DNA of 64,000 nucleotides from Escherichia coli (GTDB lineage Bacteria; Pseudomonadota; Gammaproteobacteria; Enterobacterales; Enterobacteriaceae): NCBI RefSeq assembly GCF_036507355.1, contig NZ_AP027877.1; one strand, 5' to 3'. Shown piece by piece: positions 60,311 to 64,000 of this stretch (position 1 is its first letter; each line of letters starts with the position of its first letter). The notes under the pieces were generated by a model. It saw only the letters and a program-made list of their open reading frames with translations, ran no database searches and was not told where the DNA came from. The position numbers and the translations under genes were made by a program.

Positions 60311-61009
60311 ATGAAACATGACCATTTTGTTGTTCAAAGCCCGGATAAACCTGCGCAACAGTTGTTACTGCTTTTCCACGGTGTCGGGGATAACCCGGTG
60401 GCAATGGGGGAAATAGGCAGCTGGTTTGCGCCGCTATTCCCTGATGCGCTGGTGGTGAGTGTCGGAGGCGCGGAGCCGAGCGGTAATCCGGCGGGGCGTC
60501 AGTGGTTTTCGGTGCAGGGTATTACGGAAGATAATCGCCAGGCGCGTGTGGATGCCATCATGCCGACGTTTATTGAGACGGTACGCTACTGGCAGAAACA
60601 GAGCGGAGTAGGAGCTAACGCCACGGCGCTAATTGGTTTCTCACAAGGCGCGATTATGGCGCTGGAGAGCATTAAAGCCGAACCGGGCCTTGCTTCGCGC
60701 GTCATTGCCTTTAACGGACGCTATGCGAGCCTGCCGGAAACCGCGTCTACAGCCACGACAATTCACCTGATTCATGGCGGTGAAGATCCGGTTATCGATC
60801 TGGCGCATGCAGTTGCGGCGCAGGAAGCGTTAATCAGTGCCGGTGGTGACGTGACGCTGGATATCGTGGAGGATTTAGGCCATGCGATCGACAATCGCAG
60901 TATGCAATTTGCCCTGGATCACTTGCGTTATACCATTCCGAAACATTATTTCGACGAAGCGCTAAGCGGCGGTAAGCCTGGCGATGATGATGTGATTGAA
61001 ATGATGTAA
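60311..61009 (+). CDS. ypfH: alpha/beta-hydrolase esterase YpfH
   Basis: 232 aa from MKHDHFVVQSPDKPAQ; GFSQG nucleophile-elbow motif. Confidence 0.85.
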   Translation: MKHDHFVVQSPDKPAQQLLLLFHGVGDNPVAMGEIGSWFAPLFPDALVVSVGGAEPSGNPAGRQWFSVQGITEDNRQARVDAIMPTFIETVRYWQKQSGVGANATALIGFSQGAIMALESIKAEPGLASRVIAFNGRYASLPETASTATTIHLIHGGEDPVIDLAHAVAAQEALISAGGDVTLDIVEDLGHAIDNRSMQFALDHLRYTIPKHYFDEALSGGKPGDDDVIEMM

Positions 61010-61017
61010 TAATAGCC

Positions 61018-61082
61018 GGGTAGGGCTGATAAGACCGTATCAGACATCATGGCCGGATACGGCGTGAACGCCTTATCCGGCC
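61018..61082. repeat. BIME/REP pair between ypfH and ypfN
   Basis: GTAGGGCTGATAAGACCGTATCAGACATCA and GCCGGATACGGCGTGAACGCCTTATCCGGCC. Confidence 0.7.
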
Positions 61083-61089
61083 ACTCAGC

Positions 61090-61290
61090 TTACTTCTTCG
61101 GTTGATCCTTTTTCGGCCAGTCGTCGTCATCGTCCCACTTATCGTTGAAATCACGATGCGGGGGAAGCTCCGGCTTGTTGGCGAGAAATTTCTTATGGTC
61201 GACGCGCTTGAGATCTTTAATCACGTTCAGCAGGACGCCTACCAAAAAGACAATCACCAGAATCCACCAATATTTAGCCAGCCAGTCCAT
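61090..61290 (-). CDS. ypfN: small membrane protein YpfN (UPF0370)
   Basis: 66 aa; N-terminal TM helix, acidic C-terminus [15 protein letters not shown]. Confidence 0.8.
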
Positions 61291-61317
61291 GCTTATTTCC
61301 TCTTACAGAACCACTCA

Positions 61318-62445
61318 TCACGCGACGAGCTGTTCCATGATACGTTGATACATACGGGCAAGTAGCTGCAGGTCGGCAGCGTTCACACATTCATTAATTT
61401 TATGAATAGTGGCATTGACCGGCCCGAGTTCCACCACCTGCGCCCCCATGCGGGCAATAAAGCGCCCGTCGGACGTTCCGCCTGTGGTCAGTAGCTGCGG
61501 TTTAATTTCATTATAGTGCTCAACCGCGTTAACGACCGCATCCACCAGTTTACCGCGCGCGGTCAAAAATGGCTGCCCGGAAAGCCACCAATCCACCGTA
61601 TAGCGCAGTTGATGTTTTTCAAGCAGGGCAAGCACCTGCGCTTTGAGCATCTCATCAGTCAGTTCGGTGCTGAAGCGGAAGTTAAACTGCACAAACAGTT
61701 CACCCGGAATAACGTTGTTACTGCCCGTTCCCGCCTGAATATTGGCAATCTGCATACTGGTCGCCGGGAAGAATTCATTGCCCTGATCCCACTCAATAGC
61801 CACTAATTCATTAAGGAAAGGTGCTGCGCGATGTACCGGATTGTCAGCCAGATGTGGGTAGGCCACATGCCCCTGCACGCCATGAATGGTAAGGTTGCAG
61901 GTTAACGATCCGCGACGACCATTTTTCACCACATCACCAACCACTTCGATACTCGACGGTTCGCCGACCAGGCAGTAATCGAGACGCTCATTACGCGCCA
62001 TTAACGCTTCGACGACTTTTACCGTACCGTTGTGGGCACTAGCTTCTTCATCAGAGGTGATCAGAAATGCCAGTCGCCCCGTATGGTTGGGATGTTGTGC
62101 GACAAAACGTTCTGCTGCTACCACCATTGCCGCCAGCGAGCCTTTCATATCTGCCGCACCGCGCCCGAATAACATGCCGTCACGAATGGTCGGTTCAAAC
62201 GGCGGATTGATCCAACGGTCGGCGTCGCCAGGCGGCACCACGTCGGTATGCCCGGCAAAGGCCAACGTTTCACCTTGCCCACGCCATGCCCAAAAATTCT
62301 GCGTATCGGCAAAATCCATGCGTTCAACGGTAAAACCGATCGCCTGCAAACGTTCAATCAACAAAGCCTGGCATCCTGCGTCATCAGGACTCAGGGAAGG
62401 GCGGCGAATAAGCTGTTGTGTCAGCTCAATAACCGGGCACGACAT
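61318..62445 (-). CDS. dapE: succinyl-diaminopimelate desuccinylase
   Basis: 375 aa; M20 peptidase motifs (GHTDVVP...; TSDEE). Confidence 0.95.
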   Translation of the reverse strand: MSCPVIELTQQLIRRPSLSPDDAGCQALLIERLQAIGFTVERMDFADTQNFWAWRGQGETLAFAGHTDVVPPGDADRWINPPFEPTIRDGMLFGRGAADMKGSLAAMVVAAERFVAQHPNHTGRLAFLITSDEEASAHNGTVKVVEALMARNERLDYCLVGEPSSIEVVGDVVKNGRRGSLTCNLTIHGVQGHVAYPHLADNPVHRAAPFLNELVAIEWDQGNEFFPATSMQIANIQAGTGSNNVIPGELFVQFNFRFSTELTDEMLKAQVLALLEKHQLRYTVDWWLSGQPFLTARGKLVDAVVNAVEHYNEIKPQLLTTGGTSDGRFIARMGAQVVELGPVNATIHKINECVNAADLQLLARMYQRIMEQLVA

Positions 62446-62448
62446 AGA

Positions 62449-62823
<375 letters not shown>

Positions 62824-63185
62824 TTATGAGAATAAATACTCATTTAAGAGTGAAAACATTTTGCCTGCAAATGATTATCAGGAAATATAACATTATCGAA
62901 GTATTCAAATTAACAACTATTAAATAATATTAAACATTTTTAACGTAAACATTAAGAATATTCATCTTGTTATCTGTCTGTATTTTAACCAGAATTAAAT
63001 CAGTATTAGATGCCGTATGAATATCTCGAAATGTTGCTGTGTATCACATACAAATCATCACCGCAGGACCATAGTATTTACATAAGGTTTGTCCCCCGGA
63101 GGTAGTCATCGCAGCAATCGAGTAAATTAGCTTCACCACGGTATATTGTTTCCGTAGAATACCCATAATTATAAGAGAGGTTGTT

Positions 63186-63245
63186 ATGATTGAACGTGAA
63201 CTGGGGAACTGGAAAGACTTTATCGAAGTTATGCTTCGTAAGTAA
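63186..63245 (+). CDS. ypfM: 19-aa small protein YpfM
   Basis: ATG...TAA encodes MIERELGNWKDFIEVMLRK; AGAGAGG RBS 6 nt upstream; terminator follows. Confidence 0.7.
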   Translation: MIERELGNWKDFIEVMLRK

Positions 63246-63303
63246 TTCCTGAGACAAAGTACAAACAGCAAGAACCCGCTGAGCAGGTTCTTAATCGGAA
63301 AGT

Positions 63304-63340
63304 TGAAAAAGGCGACACATTAGCATGTCGCCTTTTTTAT
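63304..63340. terminator. bidirectional Rho-independent terminator between ypfM (+) and acrD (-)
   Basis: GAAAAA-GGCGACA-CATTAGCA-TGTCGCC-TTTTTTATT. Confidence 0.75.
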
Positions 63341-63343
63341 TGC

Positions 63344-64000
63344 TTATTCCGGGCGCGGCTTCAGCGGGAAGCGGCGGCGCACCAGCACAAAGAACAGCGG
63401 CACGAAGTAAATAGCCAGAATAGTAGCTGAAATCATCCCGCCCATTACGCCAGTACCCACCGCATGCTGACCACCGGAACCGGCACCCGTGCTGGTTGCC
63501 ATTGGCAATACGCCGAAGATAAATGCCAGCGAGGTCATCAGAATCGGGCGTAAACGCTGACGGCAGGCGTGGAGCGTTGCTTCAAACAGGTCGTGGCCTT
63601 TTTGGTTCATCTCGTTAGCAAACTCGACGATCAGGATGGCGTTTTTCGCCGATAAACCAATGACCGTTAACAGGCCCACCTGGAAGTAAACGTCGTTTTC
63701 CAGCCCGCGCATCCAGGTTGCCAGCAGCGCGCCGATTACCCCCAGCGGCACGACCAGCATTACCGAGAACGGTACCGACCAGCTTTCATACAATGCAGCC
63801 AGACACAGGAATACCACCAGCAAGGAAATGGCGTACAGCGCCGGAGCCTGCGCGCCGGAAAGCCGCTCCTGATACGACATCGCCGTCCACTCCAGACCAA
63901 AGCCGTTTGGCAGCTGCTTCACTAACGATTCCATAATATCCATCGCCGTACCGGTACTGACCCCCGGTGCGGCTTCCCCAACAATTTCAACCGCAGAATA
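63344..64000 (-). CDS. acrD: RND multidrug efflux pump AcrD, C-terminal part (5' end outside window)
   Basis: Open frame to window edge; C-terminal TM segments of an AcrB/AcrD-type transporter ending ...[11 protein letters not shown]. Confidence 0.85.
   Translation of the reverse strand, partial: YSAVEIVGEAAPGVSTGTAMDIMESLVKQLPNGFGLEWTAMSYQERLSGAQAPALYAISLLVVFLCLAALYESWSVPFSVMLVVPLGVIGALLATWMRGLENDVYFQVGLLTVIGLSAKNAILIVEFANEMNQKGHDLFEATLHACRQRLRPILMTSLAFIFGVLPMATSTGAGSGGQHAVGTGVMGGMISATILAIYFVPLFFVLVRRRFPLKPRPE

Noticed and set aside
63044-63271. 75-aa minus-strand ORF in the yffB-acrD spacer
   Set aside because: Overlaps the ypfM small ORF and terminator on the opposite strand; AT-rich promoter region, no RBS

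Overview
This window is a mostly conserved enterobacterial core segment that I recognise as the Escherichia coli acrD-to-yfhM region, read in reverse orientation relative to the K-12 map. I found no clearly undescribed system; the two accessory parts are a roughly 5 kb islet between yfgJ and xseA and an IS1 insertion just upstream of yfgH. Gene order is yfhM(partial)-pbpC-ndk-rlmN-rodZ-ispG-hisS-yfgM-bamB-der-yfgJ, then the islet, then xseA, guaBA, yfgI-yfgH, IS1, yfgG, pdeF(yfgF), ppx-ppk, purMN, upp-uraA, hda, yfgD, bepA, perM, the complete hydrogenase-4 operon with focB and hyfR, bcp-gcvR, dapA-bamC, purC, ypfJ-tmcA-ypfH, ypfN-dapE-yffB, ypfM and acrD(partial). The islet encodes an intimin/invasin-family inverse autotransporter (SinH-like), a secreted SinI-like protein sharing its C-terminal module, and a third ORF that looks like the 5'-truncated remnant of a larger adhesin gene, sitting behind a REP/BIME-containing insertion-like element. 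The IS1 copy is complete (768 bp) with a perfect 9-bp target duplication. No rRNA, tRNA, CRISPR array or prophage/integrase was seen. All calls rest on reading the ORF translations and sequence motifs plus remembered gene order; no database search was run, so gene names carry that caveat.
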